Part shown: one piece after another, positions 25,734 through 35,161 of the stretch
Numbering within the stretch: position 1 is the first letter of the stretch
Layout of the letters: every line of letters begins with the position of its first letter
IMG/VR virus record: IMGVR_UViG_2791355120_000002
Location: 1-64,000 of that record
Direction: 5' to 3' (one strand)
DNA: 64,000 bases
DNA from: a virus
Taxonomy: Duplodnaviria > Caudoviricetes
The notes under the pieces: model-generated
The model's database searches: none
The model's input: the letters and a program-made list of their open reading frames with translations, nothing else
What the model was told of the DNA's origin: nothing
Program-made: the position numbers and the translations under genes

Positions 25734-28431
25734 ATGCCATACAGCCGAACCGCCGAGAAACTGATGCTTGCCAAGCGGCTTCTGATGGAAGCCTACAAGG
25801 CGGCCGAGGAAGAACGGCTGCCGCTGGCCATGGTCCGGCAGATCGACTCCCTCGCAGGAAGGGCCGAGGGTCTTCAAAATCGAATCGAGCAGAGGGGGTC
25901 TAAGCGGAAATGAAAGAGATGTTGAAACTTGCCAGGGCTGCGATCGATGCCGGCCAAGATCGGTCCAGCTTCGCGCAGGAAGCCGAGGCTGCTTTCGACG
26001 AGGCCTCACAGGAATGCAAGCACGCTTGGGAGCGCAGTTGGGGTTTTGGCGCCCCGATTATCCACTGCAAGACGTGCGGGCATTGGGAATACGACTAGAA
26101 TGCCCTTCAACTCGGACACGTACTACGCCAACAAGTACAGCCGCGCGGCATGGGACTATCTCGCCCAAGCTCGCGAGATCAAGCGCAGGATCGCGGCCGG
26201 TGAAAAGCTGCCGCACGCAATCGCCGCGCAGGTTGAGTCCTTCGCAAAGTTGGCTCGGAGTTGCATGCACCTGAGCATCAGTAGGAGACGGGTCGCGGCG
26301 ATGGGAAAGAGGAAATGACCAACAACCTGGCCGAGAAGATGAACCGTTGCATCGCCATCATGGATGAGCGCGGCGAGGACAACGAATTCGTGCTGCGTTT
26401 CATGGATTTTCCAGAATGGACCGCCAAGAATACCGGGGTTGTTACTCCGCGCAGGCGAGTGTGGAGCGCGGAGCTTTCCAATCCCTCGCAGCATGTTTGC
26501 CTCGGTGAAATCGAAGCCGTCTACAACTTCGAAGGCAGCACGCCTGACGAGGCTGTTGACGCGCTGCTGATACATCTCGACGAGCTACGACGGGAGATGC
26601 GCTGATGGGACAGTGGGGCCAACCAATCGTCCGCGACGGCGTGACCTTTCTGCCGCATTACGACACTGGCAGCGATCCGTTCGCGCCCATCGGGCCGGCA
26701 TCGAAGGTCGACAGCGTTCAGGTGACGGACATCCGCTGCCCGAAGTGTGGCATCCCGATCGAGTTCGACCAGATCGAGTATGTGACGCAGGTGGTCGACC
26801 ATCCGTTGCCGCGCCGCGAGCACACGGGCGAAATCATCGTCACGCTATCCTGCCACGGCGAGACCTGGCGCGTGTCGAGCAAGCGAGGGAAGCTGCCGAA
26901 TGGCTGAGAACGTACTGCCCAAGCGCGGTCCCTGTCAGCACTTGGAGATCGAGCCTGACAAGCGCGGCAGGCTGGTAATGCGCGATCGGGCTTATCGTTG
27001 CCTGTGGCCTGTCCCTGAGCTTCCTACGCTGCCGGTCAGCATTACCAGTTCGAACTTATTCAAGTGGCCTCCCTACCGTAGTTCGGTCTGGAAGGACGAC
27101 TGCGCCAAGTGCCCCTGCCATGTCGAGAGAGTCAAAGCATGACTCGCAGCTTTCTGCCCAAGCCGAAACGGCCGCTCGGCGAACGCATCGAGGATGCGGA
27201 GGAACGCGGAAACCGCTACTTGGCCGACGCGAACGAGGCTGCCGAAAAAGGGCAGAGGGCCAAGGCGGAAAAGCTCTACGACAAGGGCCAGTTCTGGCTC
27301 GATCGAGCGAACAAGTTGAGAGGTTGGAATTGATGAGCGAGATCACCATCACCTACCGAGGTGTCGAGATTCGGTGCAGCAAGGAGAAATTCGCCGAGGC
27401 CAAAGCGAAGGTCGACAAGGAGTTGGACAGCGGCAAGCCGCGCTACATCGTTTGGCGAGAGGACAAGAACGAAGGATTCGTCACTCTCGATAAGCAGTTG
27501 GCCAACCATGCGCGCAAAGGCGCCGACTCGAATTGCTACTATCCCGATGGTACACTGTCCCATCTGGCGGTGTCCTTCTGCCTACTCACGGGTGACGAAA
27601 TCTGCACAACAGAGGTCTCGCCGACCTACGCTGATGCTGTGGCTCCTTACGCTGCCGCAATCCGAATGATCCGCGAGGCGGTCGAAGAAATCTTCGGCCC
27701 GGCCGCCAATCTCGAAAGCGAGGAAGCCGTTTTGCTGCGCGGCCCGGAGCCGCATCATGACGCGGAAGCCATCATCGCCGCCCTGCAAAGAGTAGCTGAG
27801 CGCCGTGTCGCGCCAGAAGTCCTCGCAATGGTCGTTGCAGCCGCTGGCGGCAAGGTCGAAGTGGATCGGCACCAAAACATCCAGCGCGAGATCGTCACCT
27901 ATGAGGATCACAGCAAAAACTGCATCGTCTACAAGGTGAACCAATGACTGCCTACATGCTGCAGCAGCGCGAAGGCGAGAGGACCGTGAAGCACGGTCGT
28001 CGCCGGCCGAAGACGACCACCCTCAAGAGCTATGACGTGCTCAACGCCGAGGGGAAGGTTATCGGCAGGGTGATGCATGAGATGGCGACGTTCGAGCGTA
28101 AGCCGCGCGGCCAGATGTGGGTCACGAGCCGCTGGCACTCGCCGCGCTGGTTCTATCAGCCGGCCAGCCAATGGAAGCGCAGCATCGAATACACGTCGCG
28201 CAAGCAGGCGATCGAGGCGCTGTTGTTGGACGTCGCCTCAAAGGAGGCTGTCGAATGAGCGGCGACAGGCTGACCGAGGACCAGTTGCTGCTGCTTCGCC
28301 TGGCCAGGTTTATTCCGCCCGATGGATGGATTGCGCGCTGGTTCCTGCCGAGTGAAGCGCGAGTCGCATATGCGCAGCGCGTGATTCTGTGGAGCGAAGA
28401 TCGGGAGCGGATCGAGCGTTCCAAGGTTTAA
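25734..28431 (+). other. Run of ten small coupled hypothetical genes (25734-25913, 25910-26098, 26100-26318, 26315-26605, 26605-26907, 26900-27142, 27139-27333, 27333-27947, 27944-28258, 28255-28431)
   Basis: Successive stop/start overlaps on the + strand; several carry CxxC motifs. Confidence 0.65.
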
Positions 28432-28450
28432 TTTTTTTCTTGCTCCACTT

Positions 28451-28490
28451 TCACGTTTAAATTGACATTCACCAAGAAACGTGTGAATTA
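28451..28490 (+). promoter_or_regulatory. Operator overlapping a -35 element
   Basis: TCAC-GTTTAAA-TTGA at 28451-28465; TTGACA at 28462. Confidence 0.65.
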
Positions 28491-28511
28491 GAGACATCAA
28501 CGGAGACAGCC

Positions 28512-28619
28512 ATGTACGGCGTCGAGATAGCAGCAGCCCTCATCATCTTCGGCGTGATTGCCATCAACGCGCTCGCCGCGCTCGCCATCTGCCAGGCCAC
28601 GGAGAAGTGGGATGATTAG
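28512..28619 (+). CDS. Small membrane peptide (35 aa)
   Basis: GGAG SD; single hydrophobic helix. Confidence 0.5.
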   Translation: MYGVEIAAALIIFGVIAINALAALAICQATEKWDD

Positions 28620-28806
28620 TCCTGCTAAGAAGATCAAATGCAAAGACTGCAACGGCGCCGGCTTCTACTTGAAGCACGAAGGCCACGGCTACTATCGCGA
28701 CGGCAGTTTCGGCCACAACGAATGGGAAGACTGCCGTCCCTGCGGCGGCACTGGCGATGCCCGCGAGCGCTTGGATTTCAAACCCGAGGCGGTTGAAAAT
28801 GCGTAA
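28612..28806 (+). CDS. Small DnaJ-type zinc-finger protein
   Basis: CKDCNGAG and CRPCGGTG motifs. Confidence 0.65.
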   Translation: MISPAKKIKCKDCNGAGFYLKHEGHGYYRDGSFGHNEWEDCRPCGGTGDARERLDFKPEAVENA

Positions 28807-29317
28807 GCTCATCCTCGCCACCGCCTTCCTTTCGAGCCTCACCACGGCCGCCCACGGCAAGGAGATCGCCTTCCTGGTCGACGGCGACACTGGCGGCAAG
28901 ACCAAACTCTACGAGGAAAAGGCGCAGGCGATCGGCCGATCCAAGGTGATCATTGACGGCCTGTGCCTGTCGGCCTGCACCATGTTCCTGCGCAAGGATT
29001 GGGCGCTTGATGTCTGCTACACGGAAAGCGCGCTGTTCGGCTTTCACAAGCCGTTCCAGTGGGACAAGGATCACGTCGTCACCGGTATCTCCGCGATCAC
29101 GCAGGCTGACACTGATTGGCGCGTGATGTTCTTCGAGCAGATGCCATCTCGAGTCCAGGCCTTGCTCACCGGCAAACAGATACCCGCGCCCGCTGCCGGC
29201 GATCCGACCAGCCGCTTCGTTTACGTCAAGGCCCGCGATCTGCGCGGCGCTGTGAAGCGCTGCGAGCCCAACTGGTCCGCGAAATACGACCTGATCAATG
29301 TCGAGGATGTCTACTGA
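28799..29317 (+). CDS. Exported protein with a ClpP/crotonase-like motif
   Basis: Signal peptide; D.GG, IDGLCLSACT and FGFH motifs. Confidence 0.65.
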   Translation: MRKLILATAFLSSLTTAAHGKEIAFLVDGDTGGKTKLYEEKAQAIGRSKVIIDGLCLSACTMFLRKDWALDVCYTESALFGFHKPFQWDKDHVVTGISAITQADTDWRVMFFEQMPSRVQALLTGKQIPAPAAGDPTSRFVYVKARDLRGAVKRCEPNWSAKYDLINVEDVY

Positions 29318-29496
29318 TGGCGCGCATCAAGATCACGCCGAAGCCACTGCTCGATTTTGCGACCACCGTCATGGCTGACAATGGGAAGCCCGAGCCCGCT
29401 TATCACCAGGCCAATGGTTGGGTCTGCAAGGTCTGGTTCGATGAGCGCAACGCCATCGCCAATCACATCATGCGAGAAGGAATTTTCCTCCCATGA
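29317..29496 (+). CDS. Hypothetical protein
   Basis: Coupled ORF. Confidence 0.55.
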   Translation: MARIKITPKPLLDFATTVMADNGKPEPAYHQANGWVCKVWFDERNAIANHIMREGIFLP

Positions 29497-30011
29497 CTTG
29501 CATCATCGGACTCATCGACAAGGGTCGCGTCTGGATGGGCGCGGACAGTTCCGCCAACTTCGAAGGCGACGAGATCGAGACGTGGGTCAATCCGAAGGTC
29601 TTCCCGAGCGGAGAGTACCTGATCGGCTTCACCGGCTCGTTCCGCGTCGGCCAGCAATTGCAGCACGGCAACCATTTCAAGCCGCTGCCGGCTGGCCACG
29701 ACATCATGGCGCACCTGGTCACGGTGGTGATGCCCGACCTGAAGAAGGTCGTCGGCAAATCTGCGCCTGATGAAATGCTCATCGCCCACGGCGGCAGGCT
29801 GTTCAAGGTGGGTGCCGAGTATGTCGTGTCCGAGCACACCAACTATGCGGCCGTTGGCACGGGCAAGACGTGGGCTCAGGGAAATATGCATGGCGGCAGC
29901 GGAGAGCCCTCATCGCGCTTGCGGCGCGCCCTGTCAGCCGCGCAGGCGCATTGCAGCAGCGTGCGCGAGCCATTCGTTGTGCAGGTATCAACCAAGGAGA
30001 CGGACCAATGA
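29493..30011 (+). CDS. HslV/proteasome-beta-like Ntn-hydrolase
   Basis: N-terminal (M)TCIIG, MGADS, PKVF, IGFTGS and AVGTG; size close to HslV. Confidence 0.75.
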   Translation: MTCIIGLIDKGRVWMGADSSANFEGDEIETWVNPKVFPSGEYLIGFTGSFRVGQQLQHGNHFKPLPAGHDIMAHLVTVVMPDLKKVVGKSAPDEMLIAHGGRLFKVGAEYVVSEHTNYAAVGTGKTWAQGNMHGGSGEPSSRLRRALSAAQAHCSSVREPFVVQVSTKETDQ

Positions 30012-30136
30012 TGCAAGTTCTCGAATTCTACGTGTCGGGTTTCTGGACCTGGCTCGGCATAACCATAGGCCTCGGCATGATCTGTGGTGGCGCCCGCAAC
30101 GCACTGGTCTTCGGCCTGAACGTGTGGCGCTCATGA
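30008..30136 (+). CDS. Small membrane peptide
   Basis: AAGGAG SD; hydrophobic. Confidence 0.5.
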   Translation: MMQVLEFYVSGFWTWLGITIGLGMICGGARNALVFGLNVWRS

Positions 30137-30561
30137 TTCTTGATCGCTACTGCGCACCGCCGCCACCTGTCCCCGCGCGGCCGAAGAAGCCGCCGACCAT
30201 CGATATCGAACGGGAGAACCGCAACATGCATTTCATTTTCGACTGCGACGGCGTGCTGCTCGACTGGACGCGCGGCTTCCGTCATTGGGTCTTCGCCGCC
30301 CACGGGATCAAGCCGAGCGCCAGCGGGCCGCGCTCATGGTCTCTGTTCAGTTGGCTTGGACTGCCCGAGGCGCGCTGCTTCGAACTCATCCAAGAGTTCA
30401 ACGCTTCGCAGGCCTTCGGGGAACTCTACGCCCTGCCCGGCGCGAATGACTGCATCGCCAAACTCAAAGCGCGCGGCGGCTGGACAGTGAGCAAATCGAT
30501 CGCGGGTGCCGGCAACGTGGCCGAATACCGGCTTGAAGCGCGCCCAAACATTCACGTTTAA
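30133..30561 (+). CDS. HAD-family 5'-nucleotidase-like protein, apparently truncated or fused
   Basis: FIFDCDGVLLDW motif I; later HAD motifs absent. Confidence 0.6.
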   Translation: MILDRYCAPPPPVPARPKKPPTIDIERENRNMHFIFDCDGVLLDWTRGFRHWVFAAHGIKPSASGPRSWSLFSWLGLPEARCFELIQEFNASQAFGELYALPGANDCIAKLKARGGWTVSKSIAGAGNVAEYRLEARPNIHV

Positions 30562-30566
30562 CGTGA
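30552..30566. promoter_or_regulatory. Consensus operator palindrome
   Basis: TCACGTTTAACGTGA. Confidence 0.75.
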
Positions 30567-30583
30567 TTTACAAGGAAACAACT

Positions 30584-31003
30584 GTGAAGTCCAAACCTGA
30601 ATTCCACCACCCTGGCCTGAGCGAAACCGAGTTGAAGGCCTTCGAGGGCCTGCGCGCCGCGCAGCAGCTTGCGCACGAGACCGCCACCAACGCCGGCTGG
30701 TACACCGACCGGGAAACCGGGCAGCCGATCGAGCGCAACTTCGGCGAAGTGGTCGCGCTCATGCACTCGGAACTGTCCGAGGCGCTTGAGGCCGATCGCA
30801 AGGGCAAGCGGCAGGACGACAAGCTGCCGTGGCGCAATGCCGTCGAAGTCGAACTGGCCGATTGCGTCATTCGCATCTTCGACACGGCGGCAGCGCGTGG
30901 CTACGACCTGGCCGCCGCCATTCTCGACAAGAATCGCTTCAACCGCGAGCGGGCCGACCACAAGTTGGAGAACCGGCTGCTGCAAGGCGGGAAACGCTAT
31001 TGA
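30584..31003 (+). CDS. MazG-like nucleotide pyrophosphohydrolase
   Basis: ALMHSELSEALEA.RK, EVELADCVIRIFD and K..FN..R motifs. Confidence 0.85.
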   Translation: MKSKPEFHHPGLSETELKAFEGLRAAQQLAHETATNAGWYTDRETGQPIERNFGEVVALMHSELSEALEADRKGKRQDDKLPWRNAVEVELADCVIRIFDTAAARGYDLAAAILDKNRFNRERADHKLENRLLQGGKRY

Positions 31004-31233
31004 TGCGCCGCTACCTCGCCAACATCAAGCGGCTCTGGCGCGGCCGTCGCGACTTCCTGATCGCCCTGCGCCCCGTGCTCGTGGCCTACGCCTGGCACGC
31101 CTTTTGGGTCGCGCTGCTGACCTTCGTGCTGGCCGGCCACTTCGTCACCGCCGCGATCGTCTGGCTGCTGCTCTGCAACGCCGGCCGCGACGCCGCGCTC
31201 GGCTACGGCTTCATCAATCAACGCCAACTCTGA
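31003..31233 (+). CDS. Small membrane protein
   Basis: Coupled ORF with hydrophobic helices. Confidence 0.55.
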   Translation: MRRYLANIKRLWRGRRDFLIALRPVLVAYAWHAFWVALLTFVLAGHFVTAAIVWLLLCNAGRDAALGYGFINQRQL

Positions 31234-31245
31234 GGGAGACACGAC

Positions 31246-31416
31246 ATGAGCATCAAGCATCTCTGGATCATCGGCGCCCTGCTGCTCGCGGCCGGCTGCG
31301 CCAACCATCGCACGACCTACGGCAACCGCGACTACACCAACACGTCGTTCCAGGGTGGAGGCGTCAACCAGGATGTCTTCTTGCCGGGCAACTACGTCAA
31401 CCCGCATTCCTTCTGA
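31246..31416 (+). CDS. Small lipoprotein (56 aa; not in the ORF track)
   Basis: GAGGGAG SD; MSIKHLWIIGALLLAAG-C lipobox. Confidence 0.6.
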   Translation: MSIKHLWIIGALLLAAGCANHRTTYGNRDYTNTSFQGGGVNQDVFLPGNYVNPHSF

Positions 31417-31425
31417 GGCGGCGTC

Positions 31426-31653
31426 GTGAGCGAGACATTTGATTTCACCGTCGCCCTGAGTCGCATGAAGACCGAAGGTGCGAGGGTCAGACGCCGCGCG
31501 TGGAAGCCAAACAAATACGTTTGGATCAAGCCGGCCACGGCCGACAGCATGTCCTACCCCGAACTCGTCTACATCGACGGCAGCGGGCGCAGGGCTCCTT
31601 GGGGCGTCACCCGCTGCGATCTTCTCGAAGATGATTGGGAGTTCGCAGCATGA
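31426..31653 (+). CDS. DUF2829/Tad2-like protein
   Basis: F..AL..MK..G.RV.R.AW ... PW.....DLL.DDW pattern. Confidence 0.7.
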   Translation: MSETFDFTVALSRMKTEGARVRRRAWKPNKYVWIKPATADSMSYPELVYIDGSGRRAPWGVTRCDLLEDDWEFAA

Positions 31654-32336
31654 CCAAGAAGAAGTCGATCTCCGTTCTGCTCGAAGAAGCGAAGGCTCAC
31701 ATCGCAGCGATGTCACCTGAAGAACGCGAAGCCATGTGGCAGGCGCAGCGCGAGAGTTGGGTGCGCGGTGAGATGGCGATGGGCGAGTCGAGCCTCGTTC
31801 TCAAAGCCCACGGGCCGAGCGGGGAAATGCGAAACACGCATCTGCTCGACTGGCTATCGGATGGCTACACCCACTGCAGCTACGGCACGAAGGAATGGTG
31901 CGAGCGTTATCTGAACAACGCACGGGCGGTGATCATCGCGCAGGATCGCACCCTCTCCACCGCCGTGGCCTTGTGCGACTGGCACATAAACTCGGCCGTG
32001 CGGTGCAAGGACGCCTACAAGAACGGCGTGCCCATGGACATCGTGATCCAGGACTATCGGGAACTGCGCGAGAGCATCGCGGCGCTCGGCGACAAGCTGG
32101 AGCCATGGGTGCCCGAGCCGCCTTCCGGCTGGTTCTTGAAGCGCGCTGCCCACGAGCACACGCCCATCATCTTCAACGGCGACACGCACAAGCCGGTGCC
32201 CCATTCGGAAGGCCCGTGGCTCGTCGAGTTTCAACGTCTGCCTCACGGCGGCTGGCTGACCGAGGGTCGCGGCCGAACGTTCGGTGAGGCGTGGGAGCGT
32301 GCCTGCGCTGCCGTGGCGCGGAGGGCAGCGGCATGA
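31650..32336 (+). CDS. Hypothetical protein
   Basis: Coupled ORF. Confidence 0.6.
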   Translation: MTKKKSISVLLEEAKAHIAAMSPEEREAMWQAQRESWVRGEMAMGESSLVLKAHGPSGEMRNTHLLDWLSDGYTHCSYGTKEWCERYLNNARAVIIAQDRTLSTAVALCDWHINSAVRCKDAYKNGVPMDIVIQDYRELRESIAALGDKLEPWVPEPPSGWFLKRAAHEHTPIIFNGDTHKPVPHSEGPWLVEFQRLPHGGWLTEGRGRTFGEAWERACAAVARRAAA

Positions 32337-32605
32337 GCGAGTACCATATGGCCATTCATCGCTGCGCTGAGCGCTATCGTGACATGCAGATCGCTGCCGG
32401 CGTACCGAGTACCGATCCGCTCTGGAAGTTCAACATGGAACTCATGTTCGGGTGCCGAGACGGCTTGCCCATCATGAAGTTGAACCGCTGGCTCGGCTAC
32501 ATCCAAGGGGTGCTTATCGAGCGAGGCCTGACGACTGTTCAAGCCGAGCGGGATTGGACTCGCCCACTATTCCGGCCGCTGGACTTCCCCTCGGAGGCGG
32601 CATGA
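32333..32605 (+). CDS. Hypothetical phage protein
   Basis: KLNRWLGYIQGVL...ERDWTRPLF motif. Confidence 0.7.
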   Translation: MSEYHMAIHRCAERYRDMQIAAGVPSTDPLWKFNMELMFGCRDGLPIMKLNRWLGYIQGVLIERGLTTVQAERDWTRPLFRPLDFPSEAA

Positions 32606-32793
32606 ACATCACCGTAACGCTCCAATGGTGGCTTCTCCCATTGGTCACGACGATCGTCCTGTTCACCTGGACCTTCGCCACGCCACCGGAGCCGTCCAGC
32701 GGCTACGGTTTCGATCTGATGCCGCTCATCCGCTTCGGCATATCGGCGATCATATCGTTGGCCGCGTGGCTCATTTGGGCCTTGCTGACGTGA
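32602..32793 (+). CDS. Small two-TM membrane protein
   Basis: GGAGG SD; two hydrophobic helices. Confidence 0.6.
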   Translation: MNITVTLQWWLLPLVTTIVLFTWTFATPPEPSSGYGFDLMPLIRFGISAIISLAAWLIWALLT

Positions 32794-32795
32794 GC

Positions 32796-33032
32796 CTACT
32801 CAGCCCGCCAAACCTTGGCCTCTTTCGCGGCAGCCTCAAAGGCCAGGCGCGCCTCGTCTACTGTGTGCTTGCCCTCCATGACCCCATAGCAGATCGGATA
32901 GGCCGCCTTCAGCATCGGTCCTTTGCGCGGCCAGGTCTGCATCTGCTCGATCGCCGTCTCAACCGATTTCACACCAAGCGTGTGGCCGGTCGCCAATTCC
33001 TTCACGCATACGGCCGGCCAGAACCAAAGCAT
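32796..33032 (-). CDS. DUF982 family protein
   Basis: WF.P.V....V.SVE.A...WP...G....A...C......AR.AF.AAA.EA pattern. Confidence 0.75.
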   Translation of the reverse strand: MLWFWPAVCVKELATGHTLGVKSVETAIEQMQTWPRKGPMLKAAYPICYGVMEGKHTVDEARLAFEAAAKEAKVWRAE

Positions 33033-33081
33033 CCCTAATATTTGCGCCGGCCGTTGCGGCTGGCAAGACCATGAGGAAAAG

Positions 33082-33633
33082 TTGCCTAAAACTCCACGAT
33101 CGGCGCGACGCAAAGAGCAGGATCGCGCATACCGCAAGACACACGCTGATGAGCGGCGAGAGTACAATAGGCAATATTGCAACGACAACCGTGAGCATGT
33201 GCGTCAATACATGAAAGATTACAAAAAGAACAATGTCGAAAAGCTCCGTGCGTATGCCCGAGAATACTCACGCCGCAAAAGAGCCGCGACTGATCCCGCC
33301 GAACTAAAAGCGGCGAAACGGAAGCATTATCTCGCAGGCGGATGGTTGACATCGGTTCTGAACGCAGCCCGGCACCGCGCCGCTGCGGCCGGCCTTGAGT
33401 TCACCATCACCAAAGCAGACGTGGTTGTGCCCGAGCGATGTCCGGTGTTCGGGACACTTCTTTGTGTCGGCGCCAATAGCAACGACAGCCCTAGTCTCGA
33501 CAGAGTCGACAACACAAAAGGCTACATACCGTCCAACGTCCGCGTAATCAGCAAGCGGGCCAATAGGATGAAAGGTGATGCCTCACTCGAAGACCTGCAG
33601 AAACTGATCCAGTACATCAAAGGTGAAATATGA
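33082..33633 (+). CDS. Phage HNH-like endonuclease
   Basis: CPVFG...SPSLDRVDNTKGY...NVRVIS.RAN.MK; TTG start with a GAGGA SD. Confidence 0.75.
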   Translation: MPKTPRSARRKEQDRAYRKTHADERREYNRQYCNDNREHVRQYMKDYKKNNVEKLRAYAREYSRRKRAATDPAELKAAKRKHYLAGGWLTSVLNAARHRAAAAGLEFTITKADVVVPERCPVFGTLLCVGANSNDSPSLDRVDNTKGYIPSNVRVISKRANRMKGDASLEDLQKLIQYIKGEI

Positions 33634-34169
33634 GCGAGAAGAACGGCAATCCAAAAGATTCTATCGGAGCCCGCAAGTGGCGCCAGTACGCTACCGTCCC
33701 CGCCACAGTGGCTGTCGAAGTCGGAGTCGCCATGCTGGAAGGTGCCGCGAAATACGGCAGGCACAACTACCGCGTGGCTGGCGTCCGCGCCTCGGTCTAC
33801 GTGGACGCGGCGAAGGGGCATATCGACTCGTGGTGGGAAGGCGAGGACTACGATCCCGACGTGCCCGGCCAGCGCCTGTCGCACATCACCAAGGCAATCG
33901 CCAGCCTGGTCGTTCTCCGCGACGCGATGATCCAGAACATGCTGACCGACGATCGGCCACCGAAAGCGAATCTCGACAAGGTGCGCGCCGACATGCAGGT
34001 CACAGTTGAGGCGATTCTGGACAAATACCCCGAGCCCAAGGCCGCATTCACCGAACTCAACAGGTTCGACAACGTGGAGAACTTTGGCGATGGGCTCTCA
34101 CTGAGCGACGCTCGGAAGATCGTGGCAGCATCAAAGTCCAGCCTCGAAGCTGGTAGGAATCTGCGCTGA
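33630..34169 (+). CDS. dATP/dGTP diphosphohydrolase domain protein (DUF5664-like)
   Basis: NPKD.IG..K, AMLEGAAKYG..NYR, Y.DA...H...W.EGED.D and SH..KA motifs. Confidence 0.8.
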   Translation: MSEKNGNPKDSIGARKWRQYATVPATVAVEVGVAMLEGAAKYGRHNYRVAGVRASVYVDAAKGHIDSWWEGEDYDPDVPGQRLSHITKAIASLVVLRDAMIQNMLTDDRPPKANLDKVRADMQVTVEAILDKYPEPKAAFTELNRFDNVENFGDGLSLSDARKIVAASKSSLEAGRNLR

Positions 34170-34414
34170 TGCGCCCGCGTCCCTTCAAAGACCTTGCCCG
34201 CCGCTTCCTGATCCGCCGCTACGGCATATCGGTGAACTGGAACTGCACCTATCGAGAGATCGCGCAAGTCACCGGCATACCGGAAGCTCGCGTCTCCCGC
34301 ATCTGCCGGCAGCACGGCTACCCCGTCGAGCACGACAACCAGCGGCCGGTCCCCTACATGCCGGTTGACAAATTTTTCGCTCTGCCGAACTCGGTCGCTC
34401 GCAATTTGTATTGA
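34169..34414 (+). CDS. Small HTH-like protein
   Basis: TYREIAQVTGIPEARVSRIC. Confidence 0.6.
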   Translation: MRPRPFKDLARRFLIRRYGISVNWNCTYREIAQVTGIPEARVSRICRQHGYPVEHDNQRPVPYMPVDKFFALPNSVARNLY

Positions 34415-34440
34415 CGTGCGTAATTTCACGTTTATAGTGA
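34411..34440 (+). promoter_or_regulatory. Promoter plus operator
   Basis: TTGACG...TATAGT; TCAC-GTTTATA-GTGA at 34426-34440. Confidence 0.65.
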
Positions 34441-34464
34441 CTTTCACTTAGGAGGCACCACCGC

Positions 34465-34746
34465 ATGGCATACCCCAAGAACAGCGACGATGACGATCTG
34501 ACCGACACGAGCCAGACCGTCGCTGCCGGCCAGCTTCGCGCGATCATCGAGCGCATCGAGCGGCTTGAGGAAGAAAAGAAGACGATCGCCGATGACATCA
34601 AGGACATCTACGCCGAGGCCAAGGGCACCGGCTTCGACACCAAGGCGATCCGCACAATCATTCGCGAGCGCAAGAAGGACCAGGCCGAGCGGCAGGAGTT
34701 CGAGTCTATTCTCGATCTCTACAAAGCCGCGCTCGGCATGATCTGA
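34465..34746 (+). CDS. GapR-like nucleoid-associated protein (DUF2312/UPF0335)
   Basis: [35 protein letters not shown]...LY..ALGM. Confidence 0.93.
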   Translation: MAYPKNSDDDDLTDTSQTVAAGQLRAIIERIERLEEEKKTIADDIKDIYAEAKGTGFDTKAIRTIIRERKKDQAERQEFESILDLYKAALGMI

Positions 34747-34783
34747 GCGCCACCCACCGCCATCCCAACATCTCGGAGACACC

Positions 34784-35161
34784 ATGAAACTCGGCGAACT
34801 GCGCGCGGCCATCCGCAAGACCAAGGGCAATCCTTGGTTCGACTGCTACCCCTTCCCCGGCACCGACAAGACGTTCCGCTTCTACCTGCAGAAGACGCCA
34901 CTGCTCGAAGAACTGGAAAAGGCCTATCCGGGCGGCAAGGGCGCTGAGACGCAACTGAGCTTTGACGCGGAGACCGGCCAACTCAAGCCCGAGAAGCATG
35001 ACTTCCAGGGCATCAGCAAGGACAACCCGGCAATCAAGACGCCGGCACCGCCGCATGAGGACGGCCCCGCCCCGAAGAACGATGACGATCTGCTGCTCGA
35101 CGACGAGCCCGCAGCCGCGCCTGCCAAACCTACCGACGATCTCAGCGACCTTCTGGTGTGA
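34784..35161 (+). CDS. Hypothetical protein ending DDLSDLLV
   Basis: GGGAG SD; acidic Pro-rich tail. Confidence 0.75.
   Translation: MKLGELRAAIRKTKGNPWFDCYPFPGTDKTFRFYLQKTPLLEELEKAYPGGKGAETQLSFDAETGQLKPEKHDFQGISKDNPAIKTPAPPHEDGPAPKNDDDLLLDDEPAAAPAKPTDDLSDLLV

Noticed and set aside
5918-32605. Many proteins ending in -AA (possible ClpXP degrons)
   Set aside because: Most are explained by SD plus GCATGA stop/start overlaps (e.g. GAGGCGGCATGA gives EAA*).
33630-34169. Z-base (2-aminoadenine) pathway
   Set aside because: No PurZ-like gene recognised in the window.
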